This document shows, piece after piece, positions 40,767 through 50,710 of a stretch of DNA of 64,000 nucleotides. Each line of letters starts with the position of its first letter. The first letter of the stretch is position 1. Source of the stretch: an uncultured Victivallales bacterium (GTDB lineage: Bacteria > Verrucomicrobiota > Kiritimatiellia > UBA8416); contig CAZSRU010000007.1 in the NCBI GenBank assembly GCA_964609395.1, forward strand, positions 47 to 64,046, given 5' to 3'. Under the pieces are notes generated by a model, which saw only the letters and a list, made by a program, of their open reading frames with translations, searched no databases and had not been told where the DNA came from. A program made the position numbers and the translations under genes.

Positions 40767-41798
40767 GTGAGAGAGACGGACAGTAGAGGCAGGGACGGAG
40801 GCGGTCCGGGGGCGGCGATCGGGATCACGATGGGCGATGCGGCGGGAGTCGGCCCCGAGCTGTGCCTGCGGGTGCTGCGCCTGCCTGCGGTAACGGGCCT
40901 TTGCCGTCCGGTGGTCTTCGGCAGCGCCGCCCTGCTGCGGCGGGTTTCCGGGGTCTGCGGGATCCCGTTCGAGGCGGAGGTGGTGCCAGTTGCCGACCTG
41001 CTGGCCGACGGGTTGCCGCCGGGCGGGCATCCGCTTGTGGCGGACTGTGGCGTACCGGAGGCGGAGGCGGTAACGCCGGGGGTGGTGCAGGCCGCCTGCG
41101 GGGCCGCCGCCTTCCGCTACGTGCAACTGGCAGTGCAGGCGGCGCAGCAGGGGTGTATCCGGGCGGTGGTGACGGCCCCGCTGCACAAGGAAGCGCTACA
41201 GCTTGCCGGGGTTCCCTATCCGGGGCACACCGAAATGCTGGCCGCGCTGACCGGGACCCGGCGCTATTGCATGATGATGGCATCCCCCGTCATCAACGTC
41301 TGCCTGGCGACGACGCATATCGCCCTCGCCCAGGTGGCGTCGGAACTGACCGTGTCGCGCATCGGCGAGGTCATCCGGCTGGCGGACGCCGCCATGCGCC
41401 GCTTCGGCAGGCAGGCTCCGCGCCTGACCGTCTGCGGGCTGAATCCCCACGCGGGCGAGCACGGCCTGTTCGGCGACGAGGAACAGCGACTGATCCTGCC
41501 AGCGGTGCTGGCGGCTCGCGCGGACGGCCTGCAGGTCAGCGACCCGCTGCCGCCCGATACCGCCTTCATCCCGTCCCTGCGGGAAAGGACCGACGCCTAC
41601 ATCGTGATGTACCACGACCAGGGGTTGATCCCGTTCAAGATGCTGGCGTTCGAGACCGGGGTCAACGTCACGCTCGGGCTGCCGCTGGTGCGGACCTCCG
41701 TCGACCACGGCACCGCCTTCGACATCGCCTGGCGGGGCAAGGCCTCGCCCGAAAGCCTGACAGCGGCCATACAGACCGCCATCCACCTGTCCGCCTGA
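40767..41798 (+). CDS. pdxA: 4-hydroxythreonine-4-phosphate dehydrogenase PdxA (GTG start with GAGG SD; ATG at 40827 is an alternative).
   Basis: ITMGDAAGVGPE, LTVCGLNPHAGE and VTLGLPLVRTSVDHGTAFD match PdxA motifs. It diverges from atpA. Confidence 0.8.
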   Translation: MRETDSRGRDGGGPGAAIGITMGDAAGVGPELCLRVLRLPAVTGLCRPVVFGSAALLRRVSGVCGIPFEAEVVPVADLLADGLPPGGHPLVADCGVPEAEAVTPGVVQAACGAAAFRYVQLAVQAAQQGCIRAVVTAPLHKEALQLAGVPYPGHTEMLAALTGTRRYCMMMASPVINVCLATTHIALAQVASELTVSRIGEVIRLADAAMRRFGRQAPRLTVCGLNPHAGEHGLFGDEEQRLILPAVLAARADGLQVSDPLPPDTAFIPSLRERTDAYIVMYHDQGLIPFKMLAFETGVNVTLGLPLVRTSVDHGTAFDIAWRGKASPESLTAAIQTAIHLSA

Positions 41799-41804
41799 CC
41801 TGGT

Positions 41805-42449
41805 TCAGAGCAGGGCATTCTCCAGGACGGCAAGTCGCGCGTCGAGCGCCGCGATCTTGTCTTCCAGCATCGCGATCCGGTCCCCGGAGCCTGCTTCTGG
41901 CGCGGGAGACCACACTGGCTGGATTGCCGCCTCATTCCCTTCCTCACCTGTCTCGCAGAACGTCTGGGCGTACCTTTCCTCGCGCATTCCTGATGAGGCG
42001 GGAATGGTTCTGACAAAGACGGATTCGCCCCAGTGCATCAGGCTGTTGAGGATGTTCTTGACGGTTGCCGGCGAATCGATGGCCACGATCCGCTGGGTGT
42101 GCGTGCGCAGTTCCCCGGCGGTCTGCGCGCCGCGCAGCAGCAGTTCGCAAAGCACGGCGGTTTCCTCCGGGCTGAACTTGAAGTGCGTGAGCAGCTCGTG
42201 ACGGAACCGCACGACCCGGCTGCCAGCCAGGGTCACCTGGGCGACCAACCGATGGTCGTAGCGTAGCGATTCGAGGGCGTGCTCCACATCCGATTCCGTC
42301 AGCAGCATGACGGGATCCCGGTTTGATTTCTGGTTGCAGGCCGCCACGAGGCTGTTGCGGCTGATCGGATAATATTCCGGCGTCGTCAATTCCTTCTCGA
42401 TCATGCATCCGAGAACACGCGCCTCAACGGGGTTGAGCTTGATATCCAT
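41805..42449 (-). CDS. yceH: YceH/DUF480 (UPF0502) family protein. Start chosen at MDIKLNPVEARVLG with SD CAGGAGGT.
   Basis: EARVLGCMIEKELTTPEYYPISRNSLVAACNQKSNRDPVM and LLRGAQTAGELR closely parallel E. coli YceH. Confidence 0.8.
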   Translation of the reverse strand: MDIKLNPVEARVLGCMIEKELTTPEYYPISRNSLVAACNQKSNRDPVMLLTESDVEHALESLRYDHRLVAQVTLAGSRVVRFRHELLTHFKFSPEETAVLCELLLRGAQTAGELRTHTQRIVAIDSPATVKNILNSLMHWGESVFVRTIPASSGMREERYAQTFCETGEEGNEAAIQPVWSPAPEAGSGDRIAMLEDKIAALDARLAVLENALL

Positions 42450-42575
42450 ATACGACCTCCTGGTTGCCATTGGATTAGACCACAACACATGTGCGCTTAC
42501 AAGTTTGAATCATTTGACTTTGAGTACAACGCGGCTTATGCTCCATTTCTTCTGAAACGTGACATGGGAGGCGTG

Positions 42576-42992
42576 ATGGACTGTATCTTCTGCAAGCTGG
42601 TGGCCGGAATAATACCCTCGACCCGGATCTACGAGGATGAGGAGACACTGGCATTCCTCGATATCGCCCCGATCATCAATGGCCATACGCTCGTGATCCC
42701 GAAGACGCATGTCGATCCGTTGACCGCCGCACCGCCGGCCATCCTGGCGGCCTGCATGGCGACGGTGCAGCGCGTGGCGCAGGCCCAGCTCGATGCCCTG
42801 GGGGCTGATGGCGTCAACGTCCACCTGGCCAACGGCGCCGCCGCCGGCCAGGTCGTGCCGCATCTGCATTTCCACGTGATCCCCCGGTTCGCCAATGACG
42901 GCCACCATTGGAACTGGCATGGGCATGCGTACGGGAACATGGCGGAGATGCAGGCGTTGGGCAGCAAATTAAAGACCGCCATCAACCGGTAA
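42576..42992 (+). CDS. HIT (histidine triad) family hydrolase. Start chosen at MDCIFCK with SD GGGAGG.
   Basis: HLHFHVIPR histidine triad. CIFCKLVAG is the Zn-binding N-terminus typical of HinT-like proteins. Confidence 0.8.
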   Translation: MDCIFCKLVAGIIPSTRIYEDEETLAFLDIAPIINGHTLVIPKTHVDPLTAAPPAILAACMATVQRVAQAQLDALGADGVNVHLANGAAAGQVVPHLHFHVIPRFANDGHHWNWHGHAYGNMAEMQALGSKLKTAINR

Positions 42993-42996
42993 CTTT

Positions 42997-43395
42997 TTGA
43001 ATTATTTAAACATGCTAGAGAAACTGAAAGCCATCTGCCAGCAGGATCCGCGCTACGATATGGAGGCGTATGTTTTCCTGCGTGAGGCACTCGAGTACAC
43101 TGCCAAGATGCTGGACAAGCCCCGCAAAGGCCCCGCCCACCACGTCAGCGGGCGGGAATTGAGCGAGGGGTTCCGCGACCTGGCGCTGCAATCGTTCGGC
43201 CCGCTCGCGCTGCATGTGCTCCACGACTGGGGACTCTACCGCACCGAGGATATCGGCGAGCTGGTATTCAACCTGGTCGAGGCTGGCGAACTGGGCAAGA
43301 CCAACGAGGACAAGCGCGAGGATTTCGCCAACGGATACGATTTCGACGAGGCTTTTGAAAAACCATTCCTACCGGAAAACAAGGAACCAATATGA
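42997..43395 (+). CDS. Conserved hypothetical protein (132 aa, acidic C-terminus).
   Basis: The ORF abuts the M16 peptidase gene with an ATGA overlap. No motif recognised. Confidence 0.4.
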   Translation: MNYLNMLEKLKAICQQDPRYDMEAYVFLREALEYTAKMLDKPRKGPAHHVSGRELSEGFRDLALQSFGPLALHVLHDWGLYRTEDIGELVFNLVEAGELGKTNEDKREDFANGYDFDEAFEKPFLPENKEPI

Positions 43396-46019
43396 TGGAG
43401 AAAATCACGGCAATCTCGATGATGGCCCTGACCGCCAGCACGGTGGTCGGTGGCGGTGAGCCGGACGCCGTCGTGGACGTACTGCGCCGCGAGAACGAAC
43501 GGATCGAGCGGTTCACGCTCGGCAACGGGCTCGAATGCCTACTCAAGGCCGATGCGGCCGCACCGGTGGTCTCCGTGCAGTTCCGAATCGGCTGCGGGTC
43601 CATGCACGAGGACCAGTACCTTGGCAGCGGCATTTCCCACGCCATCGAGCACATGCTCTTCAAGGGCACCCCGACCCGCGCCCCCGGCACGGTCACCCGC
43701 GAGATCAACGAGGCGGGCGGGCGGGTCAACGCCTATACGACCCTCGACCGCACTGTCTACTTTGCCGACTTGCCGTCCGCCCGCTGGAAAACCGGTTTCG
43801 ACGTGCTCGCGGACGCGGTGATGAACGCCGCGTTCCCGGAGGAGGAATGGAAGCTGGAGCGGGAGGTAATCCTGCGCGAGGTGGCCATGGGCGAGGACAG
43901 CCCGGACCGTGTGCTGGGCAAGGTGCTCTGGCAGACCGTCTTCCGCGCCGATACCCGCCGCCACCCCGTCATCGGCTACCCCGACGTATTCACCACGCTG
44001 ACGCGCGAGGATCTGGTCGCCTGCTACAACCGTCATTACACCCCGGACAACACCATCCTGGTGATGGTCGGCGACATCGACACCGCCGAGGTCCGCGCGT
44101 ATATCACCGGAAAGCTGGCCGACTTCAAGCGCCGTCGGCGCGCCCCGGTCATCCTGCCGGACGAGCCGCCACAGGTCTCGCCCCGTTTCGAGCGCCTGAC
44201 CGGCGACTACGAGATCGGGCGCCTCGCCGCCGCCTGGCCGGCGGTCGACATCCGCCATCCCGACGCCCCCGCCCTGGACATCCTGACCGCCGTGGCCGGC
44301 CAGGGGCGCTCCTCGCGGTTGCATCGCTCGCTCGTCGAGGACCGCCGCCTGCTGCACAGCGTCTCGGTCTGGTCCTATACGCCGGGCCGTCCGGGCCTGC
44401 TCGGCCTGGGCGCGGAGTTCGACCCCGAGCAGGAGGAAGCGGCCGTCGCCGCCATCCGGCAAGAACTCGAATACCTCAAGACCGTCCCCTTCACCGAAGC
44501 CGAGGTCGCCAAGGCCGTGCGTTCGGCACTGACCCAGCAAATCGGCGAACTGACCACGATGAACGGCCAGGCCGCCCGTTTCGGTAGTGACCTGGAATTG
44601 ACCGGCGACCCGCGTTTCAGCGAAGGCTGGCTCGAGCAGCTTCGCACGGTGACTCCGGCCGATCTCACGCGTGTCGCCCGCGAATACCTGGTCCCTGCCA
44701 GGCAGTCGCTCGTGCTGCTGGTACCCAAAGCCGACGGAGACGCCGGCGCGCTAAACATCACGGCGGACGCCCCTGCCAAACCGGTGACGCACACCATGAC
44801 GCTTGACAGCGGGGCCGCACTGATCGTGCGGGAAGACAACCGCCTCCCATTCGTCCATATCGCTGTGGCACTGCAGGGCGGCACCCGGGCCGAAACCGCC
44901 ACCAATAGCGGAATCACGACCCTGATGGCCGAACTGCTGCTGCGGGGGACAACCGCGCTTAGCCGTGAGCAGATTGCCCTGACGGTGGAATCGCTCGGGG
45001 CCTCGCTAAGCGCCTACAGCGGCTACAACGCCTTCGGCCTTTCGGCCCGCTGCCTCAGCAATGATGCAGGAACGCTGATCAGCCTGCTGGCCGACTGCCT
45101 CATAAACCCGCTGTTCGAAGAGAGCGAGATCGACCGCCAGCGAGTGCTTCAGCTCGCCAGTATCCGGCAGCAGACCGAGCAGCCGATGGCCCTTGCCGGC
45201 CAGCAACTGCGGGAACTGCTTTTCCTCGGCCACCCCTACCGCTTCGACCCCCAAGGCACGGCGGAAACCGTCAGCGCCCTGACGCGCGACGACCTGGTCG
45301 CTCATCACAGTCGCCTGACCGTGGCGGGTAACCTGGCGATCTCGATCGTCGGTGCCATCAGTACCAACGAGGCCCGCCGCCTGGCCGAAAGCGCCTTTGC
45401 CGGCATCGTTGCCGGTGCGGCACCCACCCTGGCCCCGGACGCGCCAGCGCCGACCCTGCCGGCAAGGCTCGAGCAGGAAGTCCCGCGCGAGCAGGCCATC
45501 GTCATGGCCGGGTTCCCCGGCGTGACCGTCTTTGATGCGCGCCAGGACGCGCTGGATGTCCTGCAGACCGCCATGAGCGGCCTCTCGTCCGATCTCGCGC
45601 TCGAGATCCGCGACAAGCGCGGGCTGGCCTATTTCACCGGCGCGATGCAGCAGGCCGGGATCGATCCCGGCATGTTCGCCCTCTACGCCGGCACCCGCCG
45701 CGAGGCCGCCGCCGAGGTCGAGGCCCTGTTCCTGGCGGAAATCGGCCGATTGACAGAAACGGGACTGCGCGAGGACGAACTGGCCCGGGCCAAGGCACAG
45801 CTCACGGCCGATCACGCCATGCGCCTGCAGAACACCCTGTCCATCGCCCGCGACTGCGCGTTGAACGTCCGCTACGGGCTCGGTGCGGATTACCTCTTCA
45901 CCCGTCCCGAGCGGATCGCCGCCGTGACGGCCGAGAATGTCCGCGACGCCGCCCGCCTCGTTTTCGCCCCCGGCAAAATGGCCGTTTCGGTCATCCTGCC
46001 CTCCGGCGCGAAGCCATAA
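43392..46019 (+). CDS. Tandem M16 (pitrilysin/insulinase) family zinc peptidase with a signal peptide.
   Basis: HAIEHMLFKGT (inverted HxxEH zinc motif) in the first unit. The second M16-like unit is inactive-type. N-terminal hydrophobic segment. Confidence 0.8.
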   Translation: MMEKITAISMMALTASTVVGGGEPDAVVDVLRRENERIERFTLGNGLECLLKADAAAPVVSVQFRIGCGSMHEDQYLGSGISHAIEHMLFKGTPTRAPGTVTREINEAGGRVNAYTTLDRTVYFADLPSARWKTGFDVLADAVMNAAFPEEEWKLEREVILREVAMGEDSPDRVLGKVLWQTVFRADTRRHPVIGYPDVFTTLTREDLVACYNRHYTPDNTILVMVGDIDTAEVRAYITGKLADFKRRRRAPVILPDEPPQVSPRFERLTGDYEIGRLAAAWPAVDIRHPDAPALDILTAVAGQGRSSRLHRSLVEDRRLLHSVSVWSYTPGRPGLLGLGAEFDPEQEEAAVAAIRQELEYLKTVPFTEAEVAKAVRSALTQQIGELTTMNGQAARFGSDLELTGDPRFSEGWLEQLRTVTPADLTRVAREYLVPARQSLVLLVPKADGDAGALNITADAPAKPVTHTMTLDSGAALIVREDNRLPFVHIAVALQGGTRAETATNSGITTLMAELLLRGTTALSREQIALTVESLGASLSAYSGYNAFGLSARCLSNDAGTLISLLADCLINPLFEESEIDRQRVLQLASIRQQTEQPMALAGQQLRELLFLGHPYRFDPQGTAETVSALTRDDLVAHHSRLTVAGNLAISIVGAISTNEARRLAESAFAGIVAGAAPTLAPDAPAPTLPARLEQEVPREQAIVMAGFPGVTVFDARQDALDVLQTAMSGLSSDLALEIRDKRGLAYFTGAMQQAGIDPGMFALYAGTRREAAAEVEALFLAEIGRLTETGLREDELARAKAQLTADHAMRLQNTLSIARDCALNVRYGLGADYLFTRPERIAAVTAENVRDAARLVFAPGKMAVSVILPSGAKP

Positions 46020-46229
46020 TCAAGGTTTTCGCTGCGATCTGGCCGTCAGCAGCAGCATCGGGCCGACAAAGAATGCTTTCCCGATGAAGTAGAGCCCGAT
46101 CCCCGTGGAGACGGCATCGTTTCCATGGTCGAGTCCGGTCTTGGTCAGGATCCACAGACCCGCGCCGAGACAGAACACAAACGCCAGGAAAGCCGAAACC
46201 GTGCATGCCTTCACCATTCTCTCATCCAT
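46020..46229 (-). CDS. Small membrane protein (two predicted TM helices, 69 aa).
   Basis: MDERMVKACTVSAFLAFVFCLGAGLWIL...GIGLYFIGKAFFVGPMLLL. SD GGAGAT is 6 nt upstream. Confidence 0.35.
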   Translation of the reverse strand: MDERMVKACTVSAFLAFVFCLGAGLWILTKTGLDHGNDAVSTGIGLYFIGKAFFVGPMLLLTARSQRKP

Positions 46230-46366
46230 GTCATCATCTCCTTTTGCGCCCAATTGTCTCGATGTTAAGGATTCATTATTATGTACCTTCTCGCCAGCCA
46301 ATTTCGCCATTCTTCAAACGCTGGGGTGCCTTGGATGGTTGAAATATGCTTTTCAAACGTACAACC

Positions 46367-46516
46367 GATCACATGCGATTGAGCACCGCAGTTTCCATCC
46401 CGTACAAACCGGCGACGATGGCGTTGATGCGGGTTTCGGTGGCGCTGATCTGCGTTTCGAGCTGGTCGAGGATGTTCGGGGTCTTCTCCGCCGCTTTCTT
46501 CTTGTTCAAGTCCAGC
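46367..46516 (-). pseudogene. 49-codon GC-rich ORF/remnant MLDLNKKKAAEKTPNILDQLETQISATETRINAIVAGLYGMETAVLNRM. It resembles the C-terminal end of R-M methyltransferase-type proteins (...LYG.TE...) and is homologous to 34400-34507.
   Basis: It lies 22 nt after the HTH gene stop. Its core is near-identical to the remnant beside the exonuclease gene. Confidence 0.3.
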
Positions 46517-46538
46517 ATGCGTTGCGGCGCAACTGGCT

Positions 46539-46844
46539 TTACGCTTCAACCAGGTATTCAGGATGGCGCTCTGCAATTTCCAGCAGACGCAGGGCAGGAC
46601 CGGACGGTTTGCGGCGACCTTGTTCCCAACTGATTTCCGTATCGCGGGCAACGCCCAATACACGAGCGAATACAGCCTGGCTTACGCCCAGTGCTTTGCG
46701 AATGCGCACAATATCTTTTGACGGGCGTTCTTCGGGTAATTCCGGGATCGGCACGCGTTTCGTTTTTAGCGTTATCTTCCCCTGTGCATGCGCCAGCACC
46801 TCGTTCAGGCTTTCCGTAAGTTCAACGAATAATTCTTTCTTCAT
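46539..46844 (-). CDS. XRE-family HTH protein of the COG2944/HigA-like antitoxin type.
   Basis: LGVSQAVFARVLGVARDTEISWEQGRRKPSGPALRLLEIAERHPEYL is the characteristic HTH + ...EQGRR.PSG.A..LL tail. Confidence 0.7.
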   Translation of the reverse strand: MKKELFVELTESLNEVLAHAQGKITLKTKRVPIPELPEERPSKDIVRIRKALGVSQAVFARVLGVARDTEISWEQGRRKPSGPALRLLEIAERHPEYLVEA

Positions 46845-47042
46845 TCCTATACTCTGATAAGTTCAGTAATACGCCTCGTGAAGATGCTTGTCTCAATAAA
46901 TGTGACGTGATGTTTCATATAACTATATGACTATGTACAATAGACCGTTCAGTCTTCCGATGCAAGAACGTTTTTATATTTGTCGGCAATTAGTCGCGTT
47001 CCACTATGGACAAATCGTCAATGGCGCTGTTCATCACATTGT

Positions 47043-50000
47043 TCATTTCTCTGCTCCGTAAAGCTCCGCGACGGCGGAGTCGAGGGTGGCGGTTAGGGCG
47101 GCGAGTTGGTTTTTGCGGTTTTCGGTTTCGTGCGGGGAGCCGGGGGCGGCGAGTTGTTGCCGCAGGGCGATGAGCTGATCGACTAGGGCGATGAGCTGGC
47201 GGACTTTCTCCGGTCCGGCCTCCTCGGGCGGGATGACCGGGGCGGTCTCGATGTATTGCTTGGAGAATTTGATGTAGCCGCCGCGCAGGTTGGTACTTTG
47301 CGCCGCGATGATGTCGCCGAATTGAGAGGAGTTCATCAAGGCCAGCAGGTATTTGATCGGGTAGGCGGCGGTTTTGGGTCGGATGCCGTAGAAGGGGCCG
47401 CTGCCGCCGCCGGTCATGTAGAGTCCGGTGGTGTCGAGCATGACGGTCGGCCGCTGCGCGGTGACCTGGATGATGAGCTTATCGGCGTCCATCTGCGTAA
47501 GATTCTGCGAACGGCCGAAGGCGTACCAGCGGTCGTGCTTCCATTTGCCCCGTTCACGCTGTCGCAAGGTATCACGATTTTCGCAGAGATAGGTCCAGCC
47601 TTTCGGGTATTTGTGCTCAAGCGTTTCCGCCGTCATCAGTTCGGCTTTGCCGTTGACGATCTCGTAGGGGAAGATGATGCGGGCTACCGGTTGCGGCGTG
47701 GTGTAGGCACTAAGTTCCCCGGTCAGCAGGAACGGTCGAGTGAGACCGCGTTCGATTTTCGAGTCAAGCGGGACAACAAATACGTTGTCGGCACTGGTTT
47801 GAAGGCCGACGAAGATGTGCGCGACATCGCCAAGCTTGGTTTTTAGCCTGTCGAGGCGTTCGAGCGTCCCTGCGTTCTTCCCGGTGATGAAGTTCCAGGG
47901 TTCGTCGGTGAGCAGCTTGTTGGGTGTCGTGCCGATGATGGATGCGCCGTCTTTCCTTGGTTTACGAATCCGGTAGAGGGCGGCGGCTTCCTTGAGGGTC
48001 GGTGTGGTGCTTGTGCTCTGATGAACAGGCGAGACGCCTGTGCAACTTTTGGGTTCCTGTTCGGAACGCCATTCGGCAAGATCCGGCACCAGCCGATGTG
48101 AACAGGTTGTCATGCTTGCTTTTTCGAGAAACAGCAAACATGTATAGGTGGTTGCCCCCGCGAAGACCTGCTGGTCGCCGAAGTGGACAAGGTGCCTCAG
48201 GTGCTGTCCTGCGGTGATGATTTTGCGCAATGGCCGTCCGTATTGCGCGTTGATGAACTTGTGTGGCAGGATGTAGCCCATGCTGCCGTTAGGGTTGAGA
48301 AGCTGGAGTGCCTTTTCCACGAAGACGACGTAGATGTCGTAGTTGCCTGCCGATGCCGCATGGTACAGCGTCTTGTAAAGTTCGACTTCAGCCGGTGCCC
48401 ACTCCTTCATGGTCTGGATGCGGATATACGGCGGATTGCCGATGATGCAGTCGAAGCCGCCGCCGCCGTCAAACACCCTTGCGAATGCCTGTTTCCAGTC
48501 GAAGACGTTGATGCGGTAACGGTCATCCTCGGACAGCAGGGAAAGCTCCTGCTGGCGATAAATCTCCGGGCCGATGAGGGAGTTGCCGCATTTGATGTTG
48601 CCGCCGAGGTCGGGCAGGATGCGCTGGCGCTCGCTGAGGAAGTCGCGCTGGAGCTGCTGTTGGGTTTCGCCCTCCAGCACCTTGAGCAGTAGCGAGAGCT
48701 TGGTGACTTCAACCGCCTGGGAGTCGATGTCCACCCCGTGGATGCTGTTGAGCAATATGCGCTTGCGTTCGGCGGTGGTGAGTCGCCAGGTGTCGCCAGC
48801 GGCCTGGTAAATCTTTGGTGCTTTCCCGGCGGCGTTGCGTCTGGCTTTTTCGAGATCGAGTTCGCCGGTGGCGGGATCGGCGGTGTATTGCCTTAAATGC
48901 CAGTCGAGCAGGTATTGGTAGGCGACGATCAGGAACGAGCCGGACCCGCAGGCGGGATCCAGCACCTTGATCTCGGCGGCTTTGGCCATGGAGACGGGCT
49001 GGGGCTTTCCGGGATCTTCGCCATCGAGGAGCCGTCCGAGGGTATTCTGGACGATGTAGTCGACGATGTAGCTGGGGGTGTAGTAGACGCCGCCCGCCTT
49101 GCGGACTTCGGGCTTTTCCTCGATTTTGGCCTGATGGCCGTCGGTCAAGCGGATGGTCTTGCCCAGGAACTGCTCGTAGACTTGGCCGAGGATGTCGGCG
49201 GACAGGACGGAGAATTCGTAGGGGGAGTCCGGGTAGTAGAGGTTCTTGAGGATGTCCTTGAGGATCTTGTCGTCGATCTCCAGATGCGTGGTGAGCGTAT
49301 CGGGGGAGCCGGTGCGGCCTTTTTCGCCGGAGTCGAAGTGGAAGAGCCCGGAGTTGTAGCGTGCATCAGCCTGGTGGAAGAGCTGCTGTAGGCGGGTGTA
49401 GGTGCGCGGACCGTTGAGCAGTGCCTGCAGGCGGCCGTAGTCCTCGGTGCCGCGGTCCTCGCAGATGCGCAGGAAGATGATCCGGTCGATGGTCTTCTGC
49501 ACGGCGAGGTTGAGATCGCGGACGGTGAGGCCGGGGTTGCGGATGGCGAGGTTGCGGGCGAGCAGGTCGCGCCAGCGTTCGATCTCGGCCAGGAAGGTAT
49601 CGTCCACCGCGCCGGTGCCGCGTTTGCCCTTGGCGGTTTCGGCGTATTTGTCGAAGGAGCCGCGCAGGATGGCGTCGCGGGAAAAGACCGCCGCTATCTC
49701 GTTCCATTTGTCGACGTACTGGTCGAATGTGTAGTAGAGGATACGGGCCTTGGCGGGGCGGTCGGCCTTTTCCGGTTTGACGCGGGTGTCGTAGACGGCC
49801 AGCTCTTCGAAGTCGGAAAGAATGGAAAGCGGGAGCTTGGCGGACCAGCCGTAGCGGCGGAGCTGGTAGGCGGGGGCGATGTCAACGTCGATATTGACCG
49901 AGGGCTTCTTGGCCTCGACGAAGAACTTGCGGGTGCCGCCGATGCGGAAACAGTAGCCGGGAGCCTTGGTATAGCCGCCGATGCGGATGGCGTCCTCATG

Positions 50001-50183
50001 GATGACGTCCTTGTAGGCGTCGGCATAGCCCGCCTTGTTGTCGACGTCCCAGCCCAGGGCAGTAAAGAACGGGTCGAGGAACTCGCGGCGCAGTTCGGTC
50101 TCGTTATAGCCGCCGGAGGTGTAGTGCTCGCGGTGCAGGGTGAAGGTCTCGCACAGGGCGCGTATGCTTTCGGGTGCCGGCAT
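47043..50183 (-). CDS. Bifunctional type IIG restriction-modification enzyme (Eco57I/AcuI-like): N-terminal HsdR-N-like nuclease domain + N6-adenine methyltransferase + target-recognition region.
   Basis: N-terminal ...HYTSGGYNETELRREFLDPFFTALGWDV...YKDVIHED. LDPACGSGSFL (SAM binding). GNPPYIRIQ (motif IV). 1046 aa. SD AAGGAAAA. Confidence 0.8.
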   Translation of the reverse strand: MPAPESIRALCETFTLHREHYTSGGYNETELRREFLDPFFTALGWDVDNKAGYADAYKDVIHEDAIRIGGYTKAPGYCFRIGGTRKFFVEAKKPSVNIDVDIAPAYQLRRYGWSAKLPLSILSDFEELAVYDTRVKPEKADRPAKARILYYTFDQYVDKWNEIAAVFSRDAILRGSFDKYAETAKGKRGTGAVDDTFLAEIERWRDLLARNLAIRNPGLTVRDLNLAVQKTIDRIIFLRICEDRGTEDYGRLQALLNGPRTYTRLQQLFHQADARYNSGLFHFDSGEKGRTGSPDTLTTHLEIDDKILKDILKNLYYPDSPYEFSVLSADILGQVYEQFLGKTIRLTDGHQAKIEEKPEVRKAGGVYYTPSYIVDYIVQNTLGRLLDGEDPGKPQPVSMAKAAEIKVLDPACGSGSFLIVAYQYLLDWHLRQYTADPATGELDLEKARRNAAGKAPKIYQAAGDTWRLTTAERKRILLNSIHGVDIDSQAVEVTKLSLLLKVLEGETQQQLQRDFLSERQRILPDLGGNIKCGNSLIGPEIYRQQELSLLSEDDRYRINVFDWKQAFARVFDGGGGFDCIIGNPPYIRIQTMKEWAPAEVELYKTLYHAASAGNYDIYVVFVEKALQLLNPNGSMGYILPHKFINAQYGRPLRKIITAGQHLRHLVHFGDQQVFAGATTYTCLLFLEKASMTTCSHRLVPDLAEWRSEQEPKSCTGVSPVHQSTSTTPTLKEAAALYRIRKPRKDGASIIGTTPNKLLTDEPWNFITGKNAGTLERLDRLKTKLGDVAHIFVGLQTSADNVFVVPLDSKIERGLTRPFLLTGELSAYTTPQPVARIIFPYEIVNGKAELMTAETLEHKYPKGWTYLCENRDTLRQRERGKWKHDRWYAFGRSQNLTQMDADKLIIQVTAQRPTVMLDTTGLYMTGGGSGPFYGIRPKTAAYPIKYLLALMNSSQFGDIIAAQSTNLRGGYIKFSKQYIETAPVIPPEEAGPEKVRQLIALVDQLIALRQQLAAPGSPHETENRKNQLAALTATLDSAVAELYGAEK

Positions 50184-50480
50184 GGGTGGTTTTCCTTGTT
50201 TGCAAAGTCGTTGGGGTTACGTCCTTGCAACATATCACCGTAGCGCGTGTGGCGTCTATTCCAAATTATTTGAGGGCACACTCCACCCTTCCCGGCATTC
50301 AGAACCGGGTTTTTCGATGCGTCTGCGGCTGGCCTTGGCGTTTGCTCTGGCTGTTCTTCTTGCAGCCCCAGTCGCAGTTGATTGGCAAATCAGCCAGATT
50401 GGCCTCCAGATCGCGTTCGAGTTGCTGTTGCAGGCGTTTAGTTCCGTTGGTTCGGAGCTGAAGCAATATACCTTATAAAA

Positions 50481-50524
50481 CCCCTCGCTGTGCCCGGCTT
50501 CAAGCGGGCACAGCGAGGGGTTTT
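50481..50524. terminator. Bidirectional intrinsic terminator: 16-bp perfect stem cccctcgctgtgcccg/cgggcacagcgagggg flanked by AAAA (5') and TTTT (3').
   Basis: Read directly. It follows a small signal-peptide-like ORF (50318-50478) and lies between the R-M locus and gcvH. Confidence 0.55.
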
Positions 50525-50710
50525 GCAAGAGCCTCATTTGTAATGTTTTTGGCTTTTACGTGAATCAATCAGTATATTTTTAATGGTTTCTGATTTTTTG
50601 TTGTTGACGAGTTGTCCGCAGTGTGATGAAAGGTGCGTGCATTCTGATTGTGCAGGCGCGGTAGCGACCTGCCCCGAACAACCCCGAGCAGACCGGAGAG
50701 AGGAGCAAGC

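Noticed and set aside
38988-41186. The ORF-track N-terminal extensions of atpA (to 41186), atpD (to 34214), the MmeI-like gene (to 5057), the giant protein (to 10252), the AAA ATPase (to 57777), murF (to 21798) and the K+ channel (to 36716).
   Set aside because: Internal ATGs with good SDs give products of canonical length. The extensions are low-complexity, overlap repeats, or (for the channel) are the duplicated transposase fragment.
50560-50710. Possible glycine riboswitch upstream of gcvH.
   Set aside because: I could not find the conserved GGAGAG ... ACCGAAGGGGCAA ... CUCUCAGGC core. The ccggagagaggagc stretch is better explained as the SD region. A covariance-model search would settle it.
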